DNA of 33,157 nt from Craspedostauros australis. Taxonomy: Eukaryota. The DNA lies in NCBI GenBank assembly GCA_030167865.1, contig JALAGF010001809.1:1-33157 (forward strand). The letters run 5' to 3'. A program made the translations under genes and the position numbers. Under the pieces are notes generated by a model. It saw nothing but the letters and a program-made list of their open reading frames with translations. It did not search any database and was not told the DNA's origin. Positions 11,565 to 22,218 of this stretch are shown here, in pieces (the stretch's first letter is position 1; each line of letters opens with the position of its first letter).

Positions 11565-13004
11565 GGTATCGTAACGAATAACGGGACGCCCGGTACTGCA
11601 GGTGCGAGTATAGTAGAGTAGAGCGAGGACACTAGAGCAGATTCCTCCGTTGCGGTTTGTCCAGCGTGTTTGTACGAGTAACGTGTTTGTAACTTGCGGA
11701 ATGCAAGGATGGTGGAGTACTCTTGATGTTGCCGATGCTGGTTCTGATGCCTGAATGTGCAGGAAGAATACCCAACAGATGTGACGAACACCGTTTTGTC
11801 TCTGCTATACTCTGTTGTACTCGTATTGATGCTCGCGGAGAGGAGAGGACGGAATGACCTCAAGAGTATCAGCAGTCTCCTCTATCCTTCGCTGTTGTGC
11901 GTTCCTGAGAGTCAGAGACGGCCGCAGCCGCAGCCAGAATGCTCTGCGCTTCGATGGATGCACCACACCCTGTGCTGGACGAAGCAACCAGCGGGATGGC
12001 ACCGTTCTTCTTCAACCTTCAAGCTCGAATCTATCAGCCTTTGAGGTTCGTCGCTTCGCCGCCTTTCTGTTCGCTGTCTTAACAACAGAGCTGGCCAATC
12101 GGCTGCATCGATGTTATATTCTTTCTACTGTTGCTCTTGCTGTTGCTGTTGCTGTTGCTTTGCTGGCACAATACTATAGGTCGCACACGTTGCTTCCTTG
12201 GTGCTTGGCACTGTTCTCTGCCAATGCTCTCTGTTGTGAACCCATGGACATCAAGAGAAGCATGGGAGATGGGCATGGAGATGAGCACACTGGTTGGCAT
12301 GGAGAAGAGCGCGACTTCCAACGCCGAAGACAACAAGCACCACCAACTTCGGATGCAAAGTCGCTCGCAGTTTTGAGAACTTCTGTCTCGAATGTCGCCG
12401 TTGGAGTCTCTTTGTGCACAAAAAAAGAGCGTCGACACAACGAATCACGAACGCACACGAATGACAACAAAACGAACCACACGAAACAAGCGAAACAGGA
12501 GAAGCACAACAAGAACCACTTTCAAATGCCCCGCTCCGCGCCAATCGGCTGTACTCGAGTACAGCGTATGTGCACAAGGCCACCCAAACAAACCAAAGCT
12601 CGCACTATTCGCATCACCTCCACTGCCTGGCTTGCACTCAGGATGGTGCTCTTTACCATCGTTGCGTTGGATCGAACCACACATCGCAACATCTTCCAAT
12701 GATCCGGGTCACAAGTCCGGAACATCAAGATGGGAAAAGACGGACCGGGTGTTCGTTGAAGTTGTTTCTTCTGTTAGGGTCAAGTTTTACCCCGGTGCAG
12801 ACAATCCTGTGCATTAAATGCTATGAGTACAACAACGTCTGTTGGAGCTCGTGCTCCGTCAGCATCGACGCATCCAACATTTCATCCTGTAGCGGTAGAC
12901 AATAATGTGACTCTATCGTTCAATGGGGCTTACATCCACACTATTAGGAGTCGCACGCATGTGCGATGTTCCATTCCAAAAGGGCTTCTACATCTACACC
13001 ACGG

Positions 13005-16000
13005 CTACAGGAAGAACTGATGCTCCAATTGCTTGTGCAATGGATAATTGCTCGTCTGCTGTTGCTGTTTCAGCAGTGACAACAGCATCAGTTCTCTCTC
13101 GCGCGATGCCTCCCGTTGGCGCTTCATCTCATCTTCCTTGTCTCGCAGCCTACGTTCCAGCGCCTCGATGCGTTGCTGCTGGGCGATGGTGCAGCCGTGA
13201 TTGGAATCATCGGCCACGTCCGAGCCAATCGATAGGGACAGTGCGGCGGCGACCGTGGAATCCACAGTGGAGTCGTGTGACGTGGCGAGCTGCAGGTGTC
13301 CGCTTCCATTCAGAGTCACGGATTGCAGCGGCGCGCTTCGGTTGCTGTCGCTGGCGCATGACGATGGCGTGGCGGTGGTCTGCGTGCTCGTGCTTTCGCG
13401 TCCCATATTCTTCCAGGAGGCGTGCAGTGCTTCCGTTCGCAATGCGGCGATCTTCAAGTCCTTCTCCTCCACGATGGACTCCAGATTCTCGATGCGCTGT
13501 GTCTGCTCACGCAATCGCGCATCCTTGTCATCTTCGAAGCTGACGCGGCGTAGTTGTGCCGACACAGCCTCGGGCTTGCTGGAAGTCTCATTCTCCCCGC
13601 TGCCGCTATGGCTGTGCCTGTGGCCAACAACCTGCTTCGTCTTACTCCAGCTCTGCATGCCGTTCTTGATGGCGACGTTCTGCAACTGCAGCTTCTGAAT
13701 GGTCCGTTCGTTCTTCTCAAGCTGATCTTCGAACTCATGCTGCTTGCGCCGATGTTCCACCATCATCTTCTCCAGGTGGAAGATCCTCTGGGAGTAATAT
13801 TCATCTGTTGGTGGCAAGGCGGTTGGGTACGATGCCGATGCATCCTTGAGACGATTCTCCAGCACGGCGACAGTGTTGCTGAAATCCTTCTCCTTCAGCT
13901 CCCACTCGCCCTTGTTGGTTGCATACGACAGCTTCTCAGCACGGTACTGGTCCACCAGGTCCGAATAATCGACCATCATCTTCGAGATCAGTTCGTACGG
14001 TGATGGTTTGTCAGACGGAGACTTTCGGTTGCGGAGTGTCGCGTCGATCTCGTTGAATGCGATGGCCTCCAGCCGTTCACGTTCGACCTCGTAGCTTGTG
14101 TATCGGATGTCATGCGTCTCAAGATCAACCTCCAGCTCCACGATGCGCTTGGACTTCTGCGCCAGACTGTCGTGCAGTGTGTTGATTTCATCCTCCTGAT
14201 TGCGGATCTGAACTTCCAGCTGCCGGATGGTGCGAACTTGCTTCTCCCGTTTGTTCTGCTCTTCCGCCAGCTTCGTTCGGAGTTCTGCCACAGGGGGTTC
14301 TGCCGTTTTTGCTGTCGTTATGGTTGCTGGTACGGCCTGTTCCCTGTTGTTGCTCCTTCTCTTCCTGTTGGTCTTCTTGACGATCCGCTTCAGCTCTTGA
14401 TCCTTGTGCTGGTACGCCATCTGCAGGTTCTGCAGCTGGCACCTGAGCATCTTGGTGCGGTTGTCGTCGCGGGTGGTGGCGATCTTCCTGACCATCTTGT
14501 GCAGATCCTGCTTTTGCTGCTGCAGGCGTTTGCGACGATCCTGCAAGGAGACTTGTCCGCTGCCAAGGCTGCTGAAGGAACCATCGTTGCTTGTGGCGCT
14601 CTCGTTAAGGTCGGAAGCGATCATCATCTGTCGCTGATGCTCCTTGTGTTGTGCGCTATCCAGCTGGATCCCTGGAACCTGAGTTTCGAGTTCTTGCTCT
14701 GGTAACGCGTCAGCTTCTGTCGGTGTAGACTTGAGATCGTGATCTCCCGAATCTTTGGCGACAATTGCTTTCATCGCCTTGATGATATCTTGATCGTTGC
14801 TTTCATGAGAGGGGTTGTCAAAGCTGTTGCGCTTGATAGATCCTTCCGTCGTTTCGATGGGTTGGTTTTCTGGAACACTGGGAAGACCGAGCGGTGCCCC
14901 AATCATCGTCGATGGTCTTGGAATGGGTGACACCAACCTGCGTGGCGGCTCTCTCTCCACCGGTTCTTTCACTTTCACTTCATCCTTATTTTCCACCACC
15001 ACCTCCTGCTCAACACGATTGTTGGCTTCTTTTTGCGCCATCTTTTGCGCTGCCGCACGACGCCGAGAGAGATTACGCTGCTTGATCTTCTGCACGTAGT
15101 CTCTGGCTTGATCGTAGTGCTGTTCGCGCACATTCGTGGATTGAGTTGGGTGATCTGGTTCAATTTCCGTCTTTTCTTCTTCGTCGTCTTGGAACGGCGG
15201 AGGTTGGGGAAATGTTGAGACCTCATCGTTGCTGGGTTGGGACTGCACTGGTGAAGCCTGCTTCAGGATCGTCTTGAACGTCTGTGGCGAGTTGGACATG
15301 GTGCGCCGCAGCGGTGGCTGTCCTTGCCGAGTTGTCGTGGGCAGAGACCGCTGACTGGAGGGCTTTGAGAGTTCGCTGTCATCTTCCTCCCGACTGCCAT
15401 CCATCGCGTTGGCATGCGCCTGCTTGACCTTGTTTTGGAGGTACTCTCGTCTGGCCGCCAGGAGGTCTGCACGTTTCTGCGATCGAGGACTGAGCTTGCG
15501 ATTCTTGTGGAGGAGCTTGCCCACCACGCCACCGATCCTGTGCTTTTCCTTGTCTTTGTGCTTCTCCTTGTCTTTGTGTTTTTCCTTGTCTTTGTGCTTG
15601 TCCTTGTCTTTGTGTTTCTGCTTCTGCTTTTCCTTGTGCTTACGCTTCTCCCTGAGCTTGATCCGCTGCGCGATCCTGGCCTCCTTGATGCGCTGGGCAT
15701 CGGTACGCGCACGCTCCCAGTGCTCCTCCTTCTGCTCCTGGCTCAAGCTGATATTGGAATGCGAGCTGGTGCTGTTGTCCTTGTGCGTGGAATCCGTCGA
15801 AACGGATAGCGTCTTCTTGAAGATGGACCTGGCGCCACGCAAGGAACGCTGCAGTCCACTCTCCTCCTTGTGCTTGGCCTCCTTGGGTGGTTTATCCTTC
15901 TTGGAGAAGAGACGCTTGTGCTTGGATGCCCTCTTGCTGGCTCGGTCAGGACGCGTGGATGGTGGACTGCCATGGACGAATGAGCTGGAATGATCGCTGG

Positions 16001-17849
16001 CGTTGGTGGGCGTGGATGTGCTGGAGCTGAACATGCTGCCATCCACTGACGATGATGAGTAGAATGGACGGATGCGGCTGTGATCATTGGCATTTTGGAG
16101 CATGGAGGATTGCGAGGCACGGGCCGACGGATGCTGTTGTTGAGACTGTTGATGAGTGTCCAAATGCCCTGCCTTGATATCTTCAGTCCTACTGTGGATG
16201 TGCTCCTTATTGGCGGTCGCATCGAAGTGATCCTGCAAGGAACTGCACTTGACCTTCGTTGGCGTCTTGTGACTGGTGGCAGGTGAAACCATATCGGACG
16301 GTGGTGGTGGTGGTGTGGGCAGATAGGGTGAAGGCTTGCGCTTGAGAGTCGAGAGGCGTTCCGCACGACTGAGGCTGGGCTCGTCCTGCAGGGGCATGAG
16401 GAACTCCTCTTCGTCGCTGCCTGCGTCCATCTCGTGATGACCTGCGGTGGTACGAGCATGACTGTGGACATGAGCAGAAGCAGCATTATCCACATGGATT
16501 GTAGACATCTGGCGTGTTTGAGTGTTTGCGATCTGATGAAAGGCCTCGCTGTCTCTAATCTGACGCTGATACATTGCCAGCTGTTCGTACTGCTCCGGGT
16601 TGGAGTCACGGAGCTGGTGCGTGACGTCCTTCATCTTGTGAAGCAACTGGTGCTTGAGATCTGGCGTGGCAAGGACATGAGTGAGGTTCATCTGCTTGGC
16701 GATCTGCTCCACCCGTTGGATGAGGATCTGTTCCTGCTCTTGTTTCTTCTGCCTCTCCTGCCTCTGCATTTGAACCACCATGTCCTCAAGCTGGTGCACG
16801 AGTTGTGCCTGCGTTGGTTGCGAGTGCGTTGGTTGCGAGTGCGTTGGTTGCGAGTGCGTTGGCTGTGACTGCGTTTGTTGCTGCGACTGCCGGTGCAGGT
16901 GAGATCGCCTCTTTGGGGAGTAGACCTCGTCCATGTCATCCATATCGTCAATGTCGCTGTTGTCATCATCATCATCATCATCATCATCATCAACGTCATC
17001 ATCCACATGACTGGTGTCATCCTGAGAGTGCTGATCGTCATCATGATCCCCAGAATCGCTATCTTGATCATCATCTTCGTTTTCATCATCTTCATCGTCT
17101 TCATCTTCATCTATGATGTCGTCGTCCTCTTCGTCGCTGTTCCCAACGTTGTCCCTCACATCCATGTCGATGTCGATGCTGTCCTCAAGGTTATCCTCAA
17201 GGTTATCATCCTCAAGGTTATCATCCTCAAGGTCGTCTTCTTCATCATACTCCTGAAGAAGACTAATGTTGTGATCTCCATGTCCATGTCCATGTCCATG
17301 CTCATGCTCGTCCATGCTGTGATCCCGCCAGTTGGAATGCGCGCTCTGCAGCATGTGAGCATGCATCTCCGGTTCCTCCGCATTGTTGGGACTGGAACTG
17401 CGGCCGTCTTCCGTGGAGGTCGAACTCATGGCCGTGCTGCAGGTCTCATCGAGCGATGCCTTGTTGTCCAGGCTTCTGTTGCTTCCAACAAGTTCCTTCA
17501 TTGGATGTTGGTTGGGAAACGCTGGCACAACTCCATTGATGGTCGTGATGGTGGTCTTGCTGCTCGTCTCATGGGACATCGTCGTTGACATCATTGCGGT
17601 CATGGGCATCTCCATGACTCTCTCAATCAGCTTTTGTCCAATGTGAATGTTGTGGATGGAGGACTCCAACGGCGGATGCGCGGCGCAAGAGGCGGTACCG
17701 TTGTGATTGGAAGGATCGGCGTGAACGGCAACTACAGACACCTCCACTCTCTCTCTCACTCTCTCTGTTGATGACAATGGTGGTTCGAAATTCCGTTGCC
17801 CTCCGTTTCTTGCTCTCTCTGCTTGCGTTCTTGTTTGCCTTGTTTGCAT
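13005..17849 (-). CDS. Large low-complexity protein with C-terminal coiled coil (~1540-1610 aa; start uncertain, ATG at 17849 or 17615)
   Basis: Uninterrupted 4.8-kb ORF with coding-like codon use. N-terminal poly-D/E tract, QPTHS repeats, KHKDKE repeats, and a heptad-rich C-terminal third (e.g. LRTKLAEEQNKREKQVRTIRQLEVQIRNQEDEINTLHDSLAQKSKRIVELEVDLE). The ORF-track start at 17855 is GTG. Confidence 0.85.
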   Translation of the reverse strand: MQTRQTRTQAERARNGGQRNFEPPLSSTERVRERVEVSVVAVHADPSNHNGTASCAAHPPLESSIHNIHIGQKLIERVMEMPMTAMMSTTMSHETSSKTTITTINGVVPAFPNQHPMKELVGSNRSLDNKASLDETCSTAMSSTSTEDGRSSSPNNAEEPEMHAHMLQSAHSNWRDHSMDEHEHGHGHGHGDHNISLLQEYDEEDDLEDDNLEDDNLEDNLEDSIDIDMDVRDNVGNSDEEDDDIIDEDEDDEDDENEDDDQDSDSGDHDDDQHSQDDTSHVDDDVDDDDDDDDDDNSDIDDMDDMDEVYSPKRRSHLHRQSQQQTQSQPTHSQPTHSQPTHSQPTQAQLVHQLEDMVVQMQRQERQKKQEQEQILIQRVEQIAKQMNLTHVLATPDLKHQLLHKMKDVTHQLRDSNPEQYEQLAMYQRQIRDSEAFHQIANTQTRQMSTIHVDNAASAHVHSHARTTAGHHEMDAGSDEEEFLMPLQDEPSLSRAERLSTLKRKPSPYLPTPPPPPSDMVSPATSHKTPTKVKCSSLQDHFDATANKEHIHSRTEDIKAGHLDTHQQSQQQHPSARASQSSMLQNANDHSRIRPFYSSSSVDGSMFSSSTSTPTNASDHSSSFVHGSPPSTRPDRASKRASKHKRLFSKKDKPPKEAKHKEESGLQRSLRGARSIFKKTLSVSTDSTHKDNSTSSHSNISLSQEQKEEHWERARTDAQRIKEARIAQRIKLREKRKHKEKQKQKHKDKDKHKDKEKHKDKEKHKDKEKHRIGGVVGKLLHKNRKLSPRSQKRADLLAARREYLQNKVKQAHANAMDGSREEDDSELSKPSSQRSLPTTTRQGQPPLRRTMSNSPQTFKTILKQASPVQSQPSNDEVSTFPQPPPFQDDEEEKTEIEPDHPTQSTNVREQHYDQARDYVQKIKQRNLSRRRAAAQKMAQKEANNRVEQEVVVENKDEVKVKEPVEREPPRRLVSPIPRPSTMIGAPLGLPSVPENQPIETTEGSIKRNSFDNPSHESNDQDIIKAMKAIVAKDSGDHDLKSTPTEADALPEQELETQVPGIQLDSAQHKEHQRQMMIASDLNESATSNDGSFSSLGSGQVSLQDRRKRLQQQKQDLHKMVRKIATTRDDNRTKMLRCQLQNLQMAYQHKDQELKRIVKKTNRKRRSNNREQAVPATITTAKTAEPPVAELRTKLAEEQNKREKQVRTIRQLEVQIRNQEDEINTLHDSLAQKSKRIVELEVDLETHDIRYTSYEVERERLEAIAFNEIDATLRNRKSPSDKPSPYELISKMMVDYSDLVDQYRAEKLSYATNKGEWELKEKDFSNTVAVLENRLKDASASYPTALPPTDEYYSQRIFHLEKMMVEHRRKQHEFEDQLEKNERTIQKLQLQNVAIKNGMQSWSKTKQVVGHRHSHSGSGENETSSKPEAVSAQLRRVSFEDDKDARLREQTQRIENLESIVEEKDLKIAALRTEALHASWKNMGRESTSTQTTATPSSCASDSNRSAPLQSVTLNGSGHLQLATSHDSTVDSTVAAALSLSIGSDVADDSNHGCTIAQQQRIEALERRLRDKEDEMKRQREASRERELMLLSLLKQQQQTSNYPLHKQLEHQFFL
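15541..15640 (-). repeat. Coding 18-bp degenerate repeat encoding (K-H-K-D-K-E/D)n
   Basis: Protein reads KHKEKQKQKHKDKDKHKDKEKHKDKEKHKDKEKH. Confidence 0.8.
16810..16869 (-). repeat. Coding 15-bp tandem repeat (tgcgttggttgcgag x3 plus 1 degenerate copy) encoding SQPTH
   Basis: Three perfect copies are visible at 16810-16854. Confidence 0.9.
17182..17232 (-). repeat. Coding tandem repeat (tcctcaaggttatca, 12-15 bp unit) encoding LEDDN
   Basis: Protein reads DDLEDDNLEDDNLEDNLED, next to a (TCA)n poly-Asp microsatellite near 16963-16991. Confidence 0.8.
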
Positions 17850-18480
17850 CGCCACTCACGATACCACACACACAACCTGGTCGTGGTTGCCTCAGTTCAA
17901 ATTTGGCCGTCAACACAAAAACGGTCACGGCGCTAATTGCCCAGTTCCAAGACCGCAATCGCCCCCCCGCCAAATCGTCGTCTCCCACCAGTATCGACGC
18001 ACAGTCTTACTACTACCACGACCACCAGACACATCAACACTTATTGCGACAGATTTGGCGGTTGACATGTGTAGCATCCTATTGATATATATCATTTATA
18101 AAACAGACTTCACGAGGACATGAGTGAGACATAGAACCATGCGCTCAAAAACGGAAAAGTCTGTGCGCTTCCACAAGACTGAACTCGTGAACTGATACTC
18201 ACACTTTGTTGTTTCTTGTTGACCAACTCGATCGATCTCCATTTCGAGGGCAAACACAAAACGAGGAAACTCGCGCCAAACGAAGGAGCAAGATGACCAT
18301 GGCGAAGTTGCCGGTCGATGAATAGTCGAACGGCTGTGTGTAGTGGATCGTATAATACTACTAACGTCCACTCTACGATGGGTCTGACACATTCACAACC
18401 GCATCCGCAACAGAAGACACAACGAGTTCACATTCTCAAGAGAGAAGCGCGCCTCCATCACGACCCATGTGCGCTGCCAG

Positions 18481-21384
18481 ATGAAACAGAGGAAATGGTT
18501 CAAACGCAGACCTGATCTGCGACTGCTTGCGTTCGCTGTCTCCATCTTCCTTTGTGCGGCGTCGCAGGTATCCCTCTTTCTTCGGTTGGCATCGCACGGC
18601 CTTCATGATGATCAGCCAAAGTCCTTCAATCCGTCCTTCAATGCGTCCTTCAATCAGCGCGATTCGCAAAGGAATGCTCAACCAAACAATCATGCTACTA
18701 CGAATGCTAAGATAGATAGACCGCTCGTGGTGGACATCGCCTCCATCGGATCGATCCACCGCCTCGATTACATCCGAGCGCAGATGGACACCTTCGGATC
18801 ACACATCACCGTGCGCAACTTCTTCAACTTCACGGAACGCACGGATGCGGACCCTAACTGCGCCACCAAGATCACGACCAAGGACACGGCCGGCATCAGC
18901 AGCTTCTGCAAGCGCCCCGGCCTGTGGGATCCAACCAACCAGTTCGTCATGACCTATTGGCAGGGGCCTTTTGCGAGGGCCAAGTGGATTGCCAAGAAGG
19001 CCAATCCGGCGGGATGGATGTGCGCGCAGACGAGGCCGGCGCAGGCCTTTCATTCCATTGTGCAGCATTATCAAACTCCGCATCGTCAGCAACTACATCA
19101 GCAACAGCAACTGCAACTGCAGGAGGCACCGGACTACCTCATCATCATGGATGATGATACCTACTTCAACATGGATCTCTTTCAGGACTACTTTGATCCT
19201 CGCAGCAGTCACAGCAGCCGTCACGAACGACACGAACTGTACCGCAACTCCTCCATCCCCATGGCCATCGCCGGTTGCATGGTCCGCAGTCCCATCCGCG
19301 ACATCCATCTCACCATCCCCTTTGGAGGTTACGGCATCATCCTTTCCAAAGGATACTTGCACCAAGTCTTGCAACCCATCGACTGCGCGAACATGCGGTC
19401 GCTGTGCCATACCATACGACATGTTGCGCCGTTGAAGGAGGCGTCTTTGCTGCGGCCTGGCATGAACATCGCGGACCTGGTGCGTGCCTACGCCACCAAT
19501 CAACCCTACGCCGACTACCGCAATTGGACGGTGGGGTTCTGTTTGCACAGCGATTGGTGAGGCCGCGATATGCGTGTTGGCATTGCTGCGATGTGTATAT
19601 ATGTAATGTTGGATCAAAGAATAATCCAACACACCATGTCATACCATACCATGTCTCACCACACTCCATCAATACCGCATGCTCTTCTCTATGCACTCTT
19701 TTCTCATCAGGCTGTGGGGCGTCATCACTAACTTTTACAACATCTCACGGCACAATGCATTCGACGATGAGAACTTCCGCAACGTGCCGCAGGAACGAAT
19801 GGAGGCCTACCATGGATCGACGCTGTACGCCGGGAATCCCAAGCAAGGGGGCAGAGGCAATTGCAATCACATGCAGTCCTACTGCCATTCCTTGTCGCCT
19901 GTTTGTCATTACTCCACGCCCGACCGCATGCACGCATTGACGAATGTGGTACGGCAACGCAATCCAACCAATTACAGAACGCCCGCTCACGGCCATTCAC
20001 AATCGGCGTTGCCACGACAACTCAAGATCGACGTTCTGTCGATTGGTTCTCTGACTCGTCCGGAGCATCACGCAGCGCAGCAACAAACCATCGCACGGCA
20101 CAAGTCGGTCCGCAACTTCATTCCGGTCAATGAACATTCCGTGTTCTCGCCATCGCTGCAGACGAACTGCTTCGACAAGATGTCGCAGCTTGATCTTCGC
20201 AACTTGAAGACCAAGTGTGCGGACAGCAACATGCCGCATTACAAGGTATTCCTGCAAATGCAAGGAGCGATGAGCCCGGAATCATTTTGCCAGCAAAAGG
20301 TGTTGGCGGAAGTTCTGCTTCGGACCCTGCAGCAGTACAGCAATCAGAAAGATGATAGCGGCAGCAACGGCAGTGGAGGCCATGGTGGTTCATCACCGCA
20401 GGAGTATCCCGACTACCTGCTCATCATCCATGACACGACGTACATCAACATCGAAGCATACTACTGGGAATTGCTGTACCATCACAAATTACGCGACAAA
20501 GCCAAAGATGACGAGAATGACAATGTCAGCGATAATGGTATTGGCAATGACGCTGACACGGCAAGCCATTCCATTTTGACGTCGCAATCGTCGAATCACA
20601 TCCCTGCATTGTCGTCGTCGATACCATGGTCTCTATCCGGCTGCATCCGAAGGATACCCAGCGATTTCCAATGCCCGATTCCCAAAACGGAATACGGGTT
20701 GGTGCTGAGCAAGGGATTGGTGCAGATCCTGAATCAGCCAATCGTCTGCTCCACGGCAGAGCGGCGGCATCCATTCTGCACGCATATCGTCGACACCCAT
20801 CAATTCAATGAGCAAGCGTACTTCAAGGATGGCATGTCCTTGATCGAATTATTCTGCGCCATGGTAATGACGAATCGTGGACCGACGACCGTGGATGGTG
20901 GGACGGGCGACATCACGGCCGATGCGCTTGGTTGCTATCAAATGAATTGGTAAGTGCGCGTATGAGTGTGGCCATGATGCTGTGTTATCGTTGACGCATC
21001 AGCAATGGGAGTGTGGTATCCATGTGTATGAGAGAGACCACCATTCACTCATTCCATTCCATGTGTTCCACCGCACCGCGCCATGCTTGAATCCCCGACA
21101 GGCTCCTCGGCATTGCCTTTCGCGACTACAATCTGACCGAGGCTGCACCGCGGCCATCTGATTCAGGAAGTACCAGTCCGCCGATCTTCGAAGCGTATGG
21201 CGGATCTCGACACAGGGGACTCGGGCGCAAGGAGGATACCAAGCAGCTTTGCGGCAACATTGGGGCGGATCAGTGCCGACCAGAAGCAATGTATTGCACG
21301 GGCATCGACGCCGACCTGCAGAGAGAATACGCCAAGCACAACGAGCACGCGAGTCCGGCTGGTTTTCATCCAGCGGAGTTGTGA
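18481..21384 (+). CDS. Type II membrane glycosyltransferase-like protein with two tandem Fringe/GT31-like domains, 865 aa; exons 18481-19556, 19711-20949, 21102-21384
   Basis: Basic N-tail KQRKWFKRR plus signal anchor LLAFAVSIFLCAASQVSLFL. DxD motif YLIIMDDDTYFN and GGYGIILSKG resemble GT31/Fringe. Splice sites TG|GTGAGG...CATCAG|G and TG|GTAAGT...GACAG|G each rebuild a TGG codon and give one open frame of 2598 nt. Exon 3 aligns with the start of exon 2. Confidence 0.85.
19557..19710 (+). other. Spliceosomal intron 1 of the glycosyltransferase-like gene (154 nt, phase 2)
   Basis: GTGAGG donor overlaps the apparent TGA stop. Pyrimidine tract ctcttttctcatcag. Join gives CLHSDW-LWGVITNFYN. Confidence 0.85.
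20950..21101 (+). other. Spliceosomal intron 2 of the glycosyltransferase-like gene (152 nt, phase 2)
   Basis: GTAAGT donor overlaps the apparent TAA stop. Acceptor gacag at 21101. Join gives CYQMNW-LLGIAFRDYN, homologous to the junction of intron 1. Confidence 0.85.
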
Positions 21385-22058
21385 TCGATGATGCAGGGTA
21401 GAGTGTTGCTGTGCAGAATACGCAGTCTTGATGAGTACCACGTAATGCATGTACCTCGCATGCATACATTAAACGTTAAAGTTTGGTCTTCTCTTTGAAC
21501 AAAGTCATCATGCCCTCTGCATCAGAGCGCGTGTGGTTGTCATCGTGCAGGTTTGCAGAGCATCCCATGCAAGACTGACACCATCATGGTGAATGGGGGA
21601 TACCCGGCATCCTGCTTGGCGCCATCTCTTCACATGGTACTGGTTTGGGAAGGAGTCTTGGTGATCCTGCTTGGATGCCATGAGGAAACCGCTCATCGAA
21701 GGCCTTGTAAGCCACGGTGAATTAAATATAAAACACATATTTATTAATAGAAAAAATGTTGAAATGAAATGAAGATAATGTATAATTAGCCGCAATGACC
21801 ACGCCGATTGGCACGAGGAACCGATTGCGCCGGACACAATAACTCTTGAGGTGAATGAAACTGGTGCATCTGCTTTCTCGCTCAGATTGATTGATCATTT
21901 GAACAGCACGGGTTCGAATTGCATTGCATCGTGCCTCCCAATGAGAGTGGTGCGTCAATGGAATGGATGCTCTTGTTGAAGTGAACACAGTCAGAAACGC
22001 AGATATAGTATTAGTCGTCTCAGGACTGATTGACACCAAGCAAGGCAGAGAGGCAGAG

Positions 22059-22218
22059 AGACAGGAGATAGGAGACAGGAGACAGAAGACAGAAGGCAGA
22101 AGACAGAAGATAGAAGATAGAAGGCACGCAAAGGAAGAAACGAAACAAGCATCACAGAAAGCATCACAGAAAGCATTGAAGAAATCAGTGCAGAAATCGC
22201 TGAGGAAAGCATCGCAGA
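22059..22218. repeat. Compound degenerate tandem repeats: 9 x 7-bp AGRYAGR (22059-22121) and 6 x 12-bp aagcatcacaga-like (22147-22218)
   Basis: 7-mers read agacagg agatagg agacagg agacaga agacaga aggcaga agacaga agataga agataga. 12-mers read aagcatcacaga x2, aagcattgaaga, aatcagtgcaga, aatcgctgagga, aagcatcgcaga. Confidence 0.8.

Noticed and set aside
19555-19560. TGA after CLHSDW as selenocysteine or stop readthrough
   Set aside because: The TGA is part of a canonical GTGAGG donor, and splicing to 19711 explains the continuation in a different frame.
21500-21800. Coding-looking minus-strand fragment next to a very AT-rich patch (21720-21790), possibly a transposon relic
   Set aside because: No identifiable motif or element boundaries.
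22059-22218. Repeat array as CRISPR-like
   Set aside because: Short head-to-tail units without unique spacers, no cas genes, and a eukaryotic context.
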